A stretch of DNA of 64,000 nucleotides. It comes from Octopus vulgaris (taxonomy: Eukaryota). The translations under genes and the position numbers were made by a program. The notes beneath the pieces were generated by a model. That model did no database searches, was not told the DNA's origin, and was given only the letters and a program-made list of their open reading frames with translations. Shown here piece after piece: positions 25,520 to 37,892 of the stretch (within the stretch, counting starts at the first letter, position 1; each line of letters starts with the position of its first letter). Location of the stretch: the NCBI GenBank assembly GCA_951406725.2, contig OX597829.1:23498001-23562000 (forward strand). Direction: 5' to 3'.

Positions 25520-26030
25520 TACACATAGGTGTTATGTGGTTAGATGCACCGTCTATTCGTTGGGATGGTCACAGCTGGACCATCTTTCATCATAGATCGG
25601 TTAGATCAAGACTGAGCAACAACACACTAGATAATGTTCGAGATACTCTGTTTAAATAAAAGTTGGAATGGTCACAGCTGGAACATCTTTGATCATATCT
25701 GTCTGGATCAGGACTGACCTAAGGCTAAACAACTATAGCCATTAATACTAACTACTATTCTACACATTGGTTAATGTAGTCCTAGATACACTGTATCTGA
25801 ATAAAAACGATGGGATAATCGGAGCTGGGACATCTTCAATTATAAATTTGCCGGATCAGGACGGAACTGGGACTGTACAACTACTGTAGCAATTAATACT
25901 ATCTACTATACTACACATTCGTTAACGTAGTCCTATATAAATAAAAGATGGGATGATCGCAGCTGGAATGTCTTTGATTATAGACGTGCTGCTTCATGAC
26001 TGACCTGGCACTAAACAACAACACGTACTA
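25520..26030. repeat. Tandem array of a ~120-145 bp dispersed repeat (about 4 units; lone copies at 1370-1580 and 7620-7685)
   Basis: Recurrent GTAGTCCTAGATACAC...GATGGTCACAGCTGG...CTGACCT...CTAAACAAC. Confidence 0.7.
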
Positions 26031-26709
26031 AAAGATATCTAATACTACGTTAGCCGGATATGTTAAATTTGAGCAAAAAAAATCCAAATAATCAACCTTA
26101 TTATGAAAGAAAAAATGCTGAGTTCAAATAAAGCTAAAACATTATTTTTATTAGTTAATTCCAGAATATAAATAATTATCTTTTAAGCGGTTCTAAGACG
26201 AAAATTTATCAAATGTTACAGAACACGTGGTTTCGATTAAAGTTCTCCCAGTAATGTTATTGTTATGTTTCTTTCAACATATAAACTACCAATCAAATCT
26301 GAAGAATGCCTAATTAATACATCATTTGTGAGCAAAACTACGCTGAAAAGTCACTTCAACTGTGACCACAGAGACTTTATAGTCGTATTTATCACCACGT
26401 CACAGAACTTGTTCCCTATTGTTTGAAAATGAAACTATATGATAAGATTTTGCAGGTGTTTCTGGGAGAGCGGCCAACCTGGTGGAAGCTCTCAGGTTTA
26501 AGGATATTAGGAAGAGAAAAGATATCGTTTAAAAACAAAATAGCATTTGTTTACAATGTAAATCAAAGGGGAAAGATCAATAAAAAAAATTTAAGTTTCA
26601 AGAAAAATTTATTTTTATACGCGTTTAACGAATATCATTGAATGAATGATCTTTAAAATTATATCTACTGAAATAATCATTACAGAACAGTATATATATA
26701 TTAATGCAA

Positions 26710-26760
<51 letters not shown>

Positions 26761-27373
26761 CACTTGCATACAAAACAGTAACTTACATAAATGACGACCG
26801 GTTATATAGAACACGGTGCAGCCTGAAATAGTATGTTGTACTTACTAAGGACGGATTGTTGACTGCTAATCAGGTGCTACCAACGTGTCGGGCAATAACC
26901 CTTCCTTTAATAATTGTCTTCATAATTTAAGCACGAGTTGAACAGTTTTGAAAGGAGCGGGTTTAATAGTCGATACAATTGACCTGAGTACTACACCGGA
27001 TGGATGAAAGGCAAAGATTCACCTCGACGTAATTTGAAATCAGAACTTAAAGTGCCGGAAGAAATGCTGCAAGGCATTCAGTCCGATGCTTATGCGTGTT
27101 AATAATAATAACTTGAATTTACATTGCGGAAGTAATTGTTACAGCAATGTCATACAAATGCGTCTGTGTGCGCGCATTAATTTGTACAAAGTTATAAAAG
27201 GACCGGCAGTTTCTTGTATTGCATTTACCAAATAGTATTGATAAGTGCAATGCACGAAATTTTCAGTCCCCGAGTTCCTTCTGGAACTTTCAGTCGATTA
27301 AAAAAATAAATAAATACGTATATATATTCATATACTGAGTTCTTGTTCTTTTGTTTGTTCTACCCGACCTATA

Positions 27374-28292
27374 CAGGGTGTCCAGGAAAGATTTACCCAT
27401 GTTTAAAACTCTCCCTAAAGAATATCGATTCAGGTAATATTGTCTACATTTTATATAAAGATCTGCATATGTCTTTTGTTCATGTGTCTATTGTTTCGTT
27501 CGTCTATAACAGGTTTGTAAACAAACATGGCGTCGAAAGCAAAACGTGACCAGACTGTCGTTTTGAAAACAACTGGAGTGAGCAACAAAGACAACAAAAC
27601 AGTTGAGCGTGTGCCGTAAAACAGTGTTCAATGTCTGGAAACGATATATGGAATCCACCACTATCTCTAGCAAGCCAACTCCTGGTAGAAAACGATCAAT
27701 TCGTACACAACAAACTGTTAAAACTGAAGAAGCGAATGAACCGAAATCCCTGCAGGAGTCCAAGAAAAACTGCAAAAGCTCTTGATATTTCGAAATCGTC
27801 AATGCACTGGATTTTTAAAGCGGATGCTGGCATCAAGGTCAACAATGAAGTTTAGGTGAAAATATTGGATGAGAAAATGTCTTCCTGAGTCACAAAAATC
27901 TTTGGTGACCGTCACTCAAAATGGGGCCCTGGCCCACACATCCAATTTGATACAGAGGTGGTGCAAAGAGCAGATCAGCAGTTTGGGAGACAAGACAATA
28001 TGGCCTCCCTAAAGTTCAGACATCAGTCTCATGGACTTTGCAATCTGGTCCATTTTAGAGAGTAATGTTTCTGCTCACTCCTACCGTCTTCATGGGTCAA
28101 ATTGGATGAAGTGGTGGTACCACTAGTTGGCAGGTTATGATCAAGGTGAAAGGTGATGATTTTGAAACACAATTACTGCAATGGATTGACAATTTACATT
28201 AGAATGTGTGTGCCAAATTTTATTATCCTACTTTTAAGTTTATTTTGAATAATTAAGAAAGAACGATGGGTAAGTCTTTCTGGGACACCCTG
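27374..28292 (+). mobile_element. Tc1/mariner maT (DD37D) transposon, internally deleted
   Basis: 27-bp TIRs CAGGGTGTCCAGGAAAGATTTACCCAT (24/27 match), TA TSD at both ends, HTH remnants, Q(N)GALAHT...WPP*SSDISLMD with 37 residues between the catalytic positions. Confidence 0.9.
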
Positions 28293-28367
28293 TATACATA
28301 TAAACATATCATGTATTTATTTGTCTGTCTGTTTGTCTATCTATCTATATATATATATATATATATA

Positions 28368-30645
28368 TCATCATTGTTTAATGTCTGCTTTCCATGCTGG
28401 CATGGGTTGGATGATTTCACTGAGGACTGGCGAACCAGATGGCTGCACCAGGCTCCAATCTGATCTGGCAGAGTTTCTACATCTGGATGCCCTTCCTAAT
28501 ACCAACCACTCCGAGAGTATTGTGAGTGCTTTTACATGCAACTGGCACGAGGGCCAGTCCGGTGGTACTGGCAACGACCATGCTCAAATGGTGTTTTTAC
28601 ATGCTACCTGCACAGGAGCCAGTCTAGCAGCACTGGCAACGACCTCGCTCGAATGCTTTTTCACGTTCCACCGGCACAAGTGTCAGTAAGGAGACACTGG
28701 TAATGATCATACTCAAATGGTGCTTTTTACGTGCTACCGGCACAGAAGCCAGTCAGCTGCTCTGTCATCGATCATGCTCGGATGGTGCTATTAGTCATCG
28801 AATTTGATTACGATTTCGATGTCACTTGCCTTAATAGGTCTTCACAAGCAGAGCTTAGTGTCCAATGAAGGGAAGGTACGCATAATAAGTGGGCTGGGTA
28901 CACCCCTGGCATAGGCCACGAGGTTATGGTCTCACTTGGCTTGCCGGGTCTTCTCATGCACAGCATGTTTCCAAAGGTCTCTGTCACTAGTCATTGCCTC
29001 GGTGAGACCTAATGTTCGAAGGTCGTGCTTCACCACCTCATCCCAGGTCTTCCTGGCTCTACCTCTTCCACAGGTTCCCTCAACCGCTAGAGTATAGCAC
29101 TTTTTCACAGAAGCTATCCTCATCCGTTTTCGCCACATGACCATACAAGTGCAGTCGCTTCTCTTGCACACCACAGCTAATGCTTCTTAGGTCCAACTTT
29201 TCTCTCAAGGTATTTACACTCTGTTCGAGTATCCACACTGACATTACACATCCGGTGGAGAATACTGGCTTCATTCCTTGCAAGCTTACGCATGTTCTCA
29301 GCAATTACAGCCCATGTTTCACTGCCATGTAGCATGGCTGTTCATACACATGCGTCATACAGTCTACTTTTTACTCTGAGCAAGAGGCCCTTTGTCACCA
29401 GCAGAGGTAGGAGCTCTCTGAACTTTGCCCAGGCTATTCTTATTCTAGCAGCTACACTTTTAGCACATCCTCCCCTGCTACTGACTTGGTCACCTAGGTA
29501 ACGGAAGCTATCAACTACTTCTAATTTTTCTCTCTGGAATGTGGCAGTAGTTGTTCTCTGCACATTTTCAGTGTTTATTGCTCCTGAGCATCTGCCACAT
29601 ACAAAAACTATCTTCCCAGTTAGCCTTCCTTTGATATTGCTGCACCCCATGTGTCCATAGCTTACACTGGGTACATCTTATAGAATTTCTACCTACACCT
29701 TTTCTATAGATCAAGCAGGGCCATCTACCTGAAGGGATTTGTGATTTGCCTGCCTTCCTACTAATTAGGACTGGTTTTAGCTAGGTTGATTCTAAGGCTC
29801 TTCGATTCTAATCCTTGTTTCCACACCTGAAACTTCTCCTCTAGTGACTCACCAATTAGAGCAAGGTCATCAGCATAGAGGAGCTCCCAGGGGCATCCTG
29901 TCTTGAATTCCTCTGTTATTGCCTGGAGGACTATGATAAATAGGAGGAGGCTGTACTCGTTGCCAACCCTCACCTTACTGACAGCATCCCTGTAAATGAC
30001 TTGCACAGTCCTCACTAACCATTCATCTATCCCTAGTTATTTCATTGACCACCAGATAAGGGATCCATGTCAATGAAAGCCAGGTACAGAGGTTTATCTT
30101 TGACTAGGTATTTCTCCTGCAGCTGTCTTACCAGAAATATAGCATCAGTGGTGCTTATCCCTGGTGCAAACCCAAACTGCATCTCATTTAAACTGACTCT
30201 CTCCCTAATTAGTTAGGCTATGACCCTCTCCGTGACTTTCATTTCTTGATCCAACAACTTGATACCTCTGTAATTATTTGTATCTAAAGTGTCACCTTTA
30301 CTTTTGTAGCAGTTGACTATGGTGATGCTACACCAGTCATTGGATATGACTCCTTCGTGTATCACCTGGTTAACTATATGGGTGACTAGGCTATAGCCGA
30401 CACTGCCAGATATTTTGAGCATCTCTGCAGTTATTCCTGATGGGCCAGGGGCTTTCCCTGTCTTCATACTCTTAATTGCTTTATCTACCAAGGTACTGTC
30501 AACTCAGATAGCTGGTCCCTTTGTTAGGTTGACATTCGGCAGACTCTCTTTCTCCCACTCATTTTCTTTATTGAGCAACCTTTCATAGTGGCATCTCAAA
30601 ACCTCTCTCTTTGCAGCCTCGTTTAGTGCAAGTGAACCATCAGTA
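28368..30645 (-). mobile_element. 5'-truncated RTE-clade LINE (RT plus 3'UTR), degraded
   Basis: MKTGKAPGPSGITAEMLK, NYRGIKLL, ELLYADDLAL, LEVVDSFRYLG and ARIRIAWAKFREL motifs with frameshifts; ends in the shared ...CCATGC.AGCATGG...AAAC(GAT)n tail. Confidence 0.9.
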
Positions 30646-30996
30646 TTGCAGCCTCGTTTATATATATATATTGTTGCATATAAATATGCAATTAATTTAT
30701 TCTTTTATTATAAATATGCAATTAATGCAATCAAAACAGGTGTCAGACAAATATTATGAATAAACCAACTGTAAATAAACAAAGTTTGAATGTTCAAATT
30801 CTTCATTCTCCTTATTATCAGCATTGTACTTTACACTCTAGTAGCCAGGAAAAAACAGTAACACCGGATGGGAGTTAAATGAAATTTATCATAAAACACA
30901 CCATCTGAAGGAACCAGTCTTGGTATTTACATTGAGAAATTCAGTATTTGCCTGGATATTATATCCCTCCTCTTACTATATATGTGTATATATATA

Positions 30997-31046
<50 letters not shown>

Positions 31047-31784
31047 AAGGGGTCTAATGCTCTTAGCTTAGACTTTTTGGGGGGCAACCAGATCGAACCA
31101 TCTCAAGTGTAACTGCCCGAAATGGTCGTGACTTCTGGACCTTGACTGATGAAAGAAGGCCAAGAATGACCCATCTTTTTTTCCCTGTTCTTCTAATTGT
31201 TGTTTCTGTTGTCCACCTTGGTATCATCTATCTGTCTGAATGTTTTAATGCCCTCTATTGCATTTTTGTTCCAGTCTCTGTCCACAAAGCCACTGTGAGT
31301 TTGCCCTGTGGTGTTTATGATGCAAGTGGTTCATGTGTAATTGGAGAATGTTAGGAAGAAATGAAGGTTAACAACATCTACATAAGGGTTGGGTGCTGCT
31401 GATGGATAGAGTGGGAAGTAAATCATTGAAGGAAGAGAGTCAGGAAGGAAACCAGATACACCAGAAGTGATTAGAATGAGAAACAAGAGATCTGTTAACG
31501 TACGTGGCAATAGTGTGATCCAATAGGAGGTTACTAATCCAAGAGATGAGAAACAGGTGGAGCCCACAGTCAGGACGTTTTGATAGCTGTATAAAGATGT
31601 AATGTGCACCCAAAATAAATAAAAGAGAAAAAGACGGAGGAACACAGTTCAAAAACTGTAATACCTCTCAAAGGAGATGACAAAGCACTGAATTAAGTGG
31701 TGATGTATTATGTGGGAGAATAGCCATTCACCTGCTGAAGTGTGGGACAATGGATGTTAAAATTGTTATGTACATACACAAGCA

Positions 31785-32196
31785 CAAAGCTGGATTAAGA
31801 ACCATTGAGCCCTAAGCACTTAAAAGCTTTTGGTGCCCCAATATATGTGTAATTCAAAATATAAACAATAATAAACTATAAAATAATTTCTTTATTCTTC
31901 AAAATAAACCAAAACTAACCATAAGAGGGAAAATAATGTTTATTTTTGTATACTCCCACTTTATATTTGAAAAGTTTTCTCCTACTTTTTTTAATTGTCT
32001 TTAATCAGATTCTCACTATGACACCATGAACACTTCAAGATTATATTTCCAATCATATAAACCACTTCAGATATTATTTTAACAAGTTCAAAGTGATTTT
32101 CTTTGTGCTTTAGACCATTTACCATTTTTCTGGTGTTGTACTCCCCTTGATGTCCTAAACACATGCTTGTTTTCCTTAATGGTTAATCCAGCACTG
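31785..32196. mobile_element. hAT-superfamily MITE
   Basis: TIRs CAAAGCTGGATTAA / TTAATCCAGCACTG (12/14) and perfect 8-bp TSD CACAAGCA (31777-31784, 32197-32204). Confidence 0.85.
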
Positions 32197-33489
32197 CACA
32201 AGCATATATTACAAGATGTACACATGTATGCCTGCCTATTATCTAATGTACATCCTTGATGTCTTTGATGACCTCTCATCCCTCTAACAGCCATCCATAT
32301 CACTCACCCCTTTATCTCTTCCCTCGCATCACACCTCCCTATCACATACCTGTCTATTGTTCATACCACTATCACATATTTATCTCTTTTGTTCCTGCTC
32401 TCTGCAGCTATATCCCTATCACTCCTCTCTCTCTCTCTCTTTGTCAGTTGTATTGACAACATATCTGTGATGTCAGCATGACTAAGGACAACAGTAGTTC
32501 TCTCTTTTGTTCCCCATACATTGCACTCTCTCACTCTCACTATTGCCTTCATTGCTCCTCTCACCTATACCCACTACTCTTCTTGCCATTACTCCCTCCT
32601 CTTCTCAGCTCTTGCTGTACCATGTATCTAGTATGACTGAGGGTAGTAGTGGATCCCTTCTGTTTGTTGTATACTGCTTCTTGTTAGGATGTCACTGCAC
32701 CTGTTCTGACCCTAACTTTGCACTCCCTGATGCAGCATTCTTGGTATAGGACTCAACAACTTTCCATTCACCATGCCCCCACACTTGTCACCCAACTCCT
32801 TCAACCCTTATTGATGTGTGGGTGGCTACATCGGACAACTTCAACTCACCTCAATCTCCCTCACTACTGCTGTATGCCTGTCATCATCCCATGATGCTCT
32901 GTTTTCCAGTATGTTCTTTTTCTGTGTGCATGTGTGCTCATGTGTGTGTGTGTGTATCATCATCATCATTATCATCACCATTTAACATCCTCCTTCCATA
33001 CTGCCGTGGGTTAAACAGTTTTGACAGGATCTGATGGGTCAAAGGACTGCATTATACACCAGTGCCTACTTTGGCATAGCTTCTATAGCTGGATACCCTT
33101 CCTAACACCAACTGTTTTACAGTGTATACTGGGTGCTTTCTTTTTTCATGCCACCAGAACTGCCGAGGTCACCATGCAGCTTGCAGGACTACGAACCCCT
33201 TAGGGAGGTGAGAGTCACTTTTACACCAGGGGAGATAATATATTATGGTTTGAGATAGAAGGGAGTAGAAGTGCCAGTTCTTAGAGAGGATCTGCATGGC
33301 TACTTACATGTAGAAGAGGAGGAAAAAGAGAAAAGAAAAAAGGAGCTTTAAAGAGATATATAATGGCAACGAGGTGCCTCCTCTAAGCAGAAAGTAAGTA
33401 GAAATGGGTGGGTGGTTTACAAGATTGTATGGGAGCACAATCCATCTATCTATCTATATATACATACACACACCACATACATATATATC

Positions 33490-33652
33490 ACTACACTCAT
33501 GGAGTGGTTGGCGTTAGGAAGGGCATCCAGCTGTAGAAACACTGCCAGATCAGACTGGGGCCTGGTGCAGCCTCCTAGCTTCCCAGACCCCAGTCGAACC
33601 GTCCAACCCATGCTAGCATGGAGAACGGACGTTAAACGATGATGATGATGAT
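33490..33652 (+). mobile_element. RTE LINE extreme 3' fragment (related pieces at 9023-9228, 32960-33200, 41150-41330, 62790-62950)
   Basis: GAGTGGTTGGCGTTAGGAAGGGCATCCAGCTGTAGAAAC...GGACGTTAAACGATGATG. Confidence 0.8.
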
Positions 33653-33664
33653 GTATGTATATTA

Positions 33665-34630
33665 TCTTTTACTTGAAGGGTTTTTAATCAAACAAACTGA
33701 CCCTAGGTCGTTTCTTTTTTAAGCCTAGAACTTATTCTATTGGTCTCTTTTACCAAACCACTAAGTTATGGGGATGTACACACACCAACACTGGTTGTCA
33801 AGTAGTGATGGGGGACAAATACAGACACATGCATATTGCTATATACATATACATACACACATATATGTGTGTGTGTCTGTGTGTGGATTTGGCAGATGGA
33901 AACTGAAATAAGCCCATCATATATATATATATATATGATGAGCTTCTTTCAGTTTCCATCGAACTAAATCCACTCACAAGGCTTTGGTCAGCCTGAAGCA
34001 ATAGTAGAAGACACTTGCCCAAGGTGCCACGCAGTGGGACTGAACCCAGGACCATGTGGTTGGAAAGCCAGCTTCTTACCACACAGCTATACCAATGCCT
34101 ATTGTATCTATAAACAATGGGTGGTAAAATGTTAGTTTAACAGCTAGTTTAGATAGTTACCAAGTAGTGCTTAGAGAGATCATTTTGAAAACTTCAACTT
34201 CATTGAGGTTGGTAGTCCTGAGGTAGTGGAGTTGACTGGAAGAACAATTGAAATTGAGTTGGTATTGGAATAGTCTGACAAGCAAATGGTAACAGGAGTA
34301 AATAATGTATTTATATGAGAAGTCAAGTATTCAATCTATATGATATGCAACTTTTCATATAAATACATTCCTTATGCCTTGTTACTTTGTTGTCCCTCGT
34401 CTTTCTACTCTATAGACATATGTATATATGTCTATAGAGTAGAAAGACAAATGATATATATATACAGGTGCAGAAGTGGCTGTGTGGTAAGTAGTTTGCT
34501 TACCAACCACATGGTTCCAGGTTCAGTCCCACTGCATTGCATCTTGGGCAAGTGTCTTCTACTATAGCCTCGGGCCAACAAAAGCCTTGTGAGTGGATTT
34601 GCTAAACGGAAACTGAAAGAAGCCTGTCGT
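33665..34630. mobile_element. Head-to-head SINE-A pair (33665-34100 -, 34466-34630 +)
   Basis: Homology to 61059-61415; further copies at 35838-35995 (-) and 40622-40978 (-). Confidence 0.8.
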
Positions 34631-34637
34631 ATACATG

Positions 34638-34675
<38 letters not shown>

Positions 34676-34701
34676 CATGTATATATGTATGTTTGCATAT
34701 C

Positions 34702-34863
34702 TGTGTTCCCAAAATCTAACCAGTCCGTGCCAGTCATGAGGCCAAACATCCCTGAAAGTTTCATCCAAATCCATCCAGCAGTTCTTGAGATATCTTGTCC
34801 ACAGACAAACAAACAAACACAACCGAAAACAATACCTCCACCTTCACTAAGGTGGAGGTAATA
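34702..34863 (+). mobile_element. Helentron/DINE-like non-autonomous element 3' end
   Basis: AAAGTTTCATCCAAATCC core, (CAAA)n tract, terminal hairpin TACCTCCACCTT-CACT-AAGGTGGAGGTA. Confidence 0.65.
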
Positions 34864-37499
34864 ATCTATGGATAAAATTTATAAATATTTTAATGCATCG
34901 CTATGTGTGTTTCAACAGGTCACATGTTTCTTATGATCACAGTCTGTATTCCTGGGATGATTACAGTACAGTCCATAGTATCCATGGACATCAAGTGGAT
35001 TATATTCATTCCATCAGGTAATGCATTAAAATACTTATAAATTCCACCTATGGGTTGTTATTATTACTATCATAGATATATTTACTTCTTGAGCAAGAGA
35101 CATGCTCCTTTCCATCTCTCATAGTTTCTTTCTCCAGTTTATATCCCACTTGGTTGAAGGATCTTATCTTGCAGGCACTTGGCAACCTCACTGGTGCTGG
35201 TGCCTTGTAAAGTGTACCCAGTACATTCTGTTAAGTCCCTTTTTGTTTAAAGTTATCTGCGTAGATTTTCTATAAAAACTAAGAACCAGCACTAGAAGAT
35301 ACAACATCCTGTATACAGATATGTATATGTAAACAATGCGATTGATAATAGAAAAGTAGGTAAGGGATGTATATGCATATATCAAGAAATTTTGCTCCTT
35401 CTTCAGCACAATAGCCAATCCATTGACCATCCACAAGCACAGTTTAAATAGCAATCAATACTGTGTTAAGTGGTTAACATTAGGAAGGGCATCCAGCTGT
35501 AGTAACCATGTTAAAACAGATATAGAACCTGATGGAGCCCTTGGGCTTGTTTTCTTATCAAACCATCAAATCTATGCTAGCATGGGAAAAGGGATGTTAA
35601 ACGATTATGATCATGGTGATCATTTATATATATATATATATATATATATGTACATGGGTCATCTAAGAGTCCATAAGTAAGGGAAAAGATGCACTCATAT
35701 ATCTGTCAATAGAGTGGGTATATTATCTGATATATTGGCTAATTCTGAGGAGCATATGGTTATATAATCAGATTGTTACCTAACACTCCATTGTATTCCT
35801 TGAGCAAAACCAATTGGTAAAATCATGCAATATAATGGGCTTCTTTCAGTTTCCGTTTACCAAATCCACTCACAAGGCTTTGGTCGGCCCGAGGCTATAG
35901 TAGAAGACACTTGCCCAAGGTGCCACGCAGTGGGACTGAACCCGGAACCATATGGTTGGTAAGCAAGTTACTTACCACACAGCCACTTCTGCGCCTATTT
36001 ATGAACTTTATTTTATAGACCTATAGTTTTTATAACACTTGTAATATTTTATATTTCAGACTTACATTTTTGACAGCCTTGCTTGTATGCAAAGGATGTT
36101 TCTTTTCTTTTGTTAATAATTGTTGTTTGTTCCTTCTCGAGCCTTGCCTGGCTCATCAGGGCCAGTTTCCCAGACGTTATAGGTTCCTGAACTGGATGGG
36201 ACGCTGGTAAGCTGCAAGATGCAGGAGTGAAAGAGTCAGAAGTTTGCCGTTACCTTCTGCCGGAGCTACGTGGAGCTTAGGTGTTTCGCTCATAAACACA
36301 TACATCGCACAGTCTGAGATTCGAACCCGCGATCCCTTGACCGCTGCTTTAACCACTAGGCCATGTGCTTCCACTTCTGTTAATAATTACTGACCTATTT
36401 ATTTTTTGACCTCTTGCCAACTTGCCCAAATCAGCTTAAAGGGTTTAATCTGATTTTTTATGCAATTCCTGAAAAAAAAATTTTTTTGTAATCTTTACTT
36501 ATTGTAATTGATAAAAAAATATTTGATGCAAATTGGATTGATAAATTTATTTATTTATTATGGTTTAAGTGTATTTATTACAAGAATCAGTTAGGCTTCT
36601 TTCTCTAACATTTTACATAGATTAAAGTGTTTCTTACCTCTGAAGCATGCTCTCTGAGATTTCTAATGCAAACTTACACAAATGAATGGATGAAAAGCAA
36701 AATGCAAATTTTGAAAGAAGTATCTGTAAAACTAGTTATTAAACATCGAATGGCTATGGGGGTCCACCAGAGTAAAATGGTAATCAAAGGGGTCCATAGG
36801 CAAAAAATGATTGAGAACCCCTGGTCTAAAAATTTAAGCCACACCAAATGAAGGCTTCTTCCTATGTTATTCCCTCATACATTTTTTCACCAGACAATGT
36901 GTACCTTTGGGTTTAACTCATTGTATGGCTACTGTTGTTGTATGACAGCAACCTAAAACATGGGTTGTCTTTCAGTTCTTTTACAGACTGTGGAAGAGTG
37001 AAAAGCAAGAACTTTAATTTCAAATGCAGAAACACGAAAGACAATAATACAATTATGTATACCAGTTTGGTGTTTATATTCTACTATCATAATTTCAATG
37101 GCACAAATTTATGTGGACAAACTGCAGAACTGACATCAGTTCTGCAATTAATTATTGAGACTTAGGTTTGTCATCAGCCCCAAGACTCATGAAGCCAGAG
37201 TTTCACCTGGTTTCTGTGGTAAGTGAACAGGATGTTGGTCTGTTGCAGGGTTAACTGCCACGCAATTGCTGGAATAAATTTATAGTTGAGTGAACTGAAG
37301 TAACATGGAATGAAGTGTTCTGCTGAAGAACATGAACTATCTGGCTAAGAAAATAAAGCCATGACCCTTCACCAGTAAATTACTGGTGATTAACCCCTGA
37401 ACTTTAGGAAAGGGTTACATGAATGTGTGTACCAAATGGGAAAAATTATTTTTAAAAAATCTTTTTTTCTTAAGGGTAAATTAGTATCTTGCACATTAA

Positions 37500-37892
37500 T
37501 ATTTATAATCTCATTATTGAATAGTGCCTTAAAATGTTCACTTTCCTTTGCATCCAGTGTGAGCATAAATTCATCTGAGATTCCCACATTGTTGTTGCCA
37601 AAACTAATATACGAATATATAGAGATATAATTGGTGCACTCCTTCCATCCAGAGCTGGTTGAAGCATCAGTTTCTTCTGTGCTATCTAAAACATCATCAT
37701 TTACTTCCTCTGATGATAAAAGAAATTTTTAAAAAATATACTTCTTCATTGCTGTGTAATTCTTTCATTTCTGATATCAATAATGGCCACTTTACACCTA
37801 AGTGCATTAGAAAAGTAGGCGTGTAAGCATTAACTGATGATAGCTGTATCCATGTAAAATTTTTGAAACAATTGATGTCTGCCATTTAAGGG
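37500..37892 (-). mobile_element. piggyBac 5' end remnant
   Basis: TTAA-CCCTTAAATGGC terminus, then an acidic N-terminal peptide ...GWKEC...HFKALFNNEIINI typical of piggyBac transposase starts. Confidence 0.5.

Noticed and set aside
36135-36165. CTGATGAGCC...GGCTCGAGAA in a SINE tail
   Set aside because: Lacks GAAA and stem III; a LINE-type tail hairpin rather than a ribozyme.
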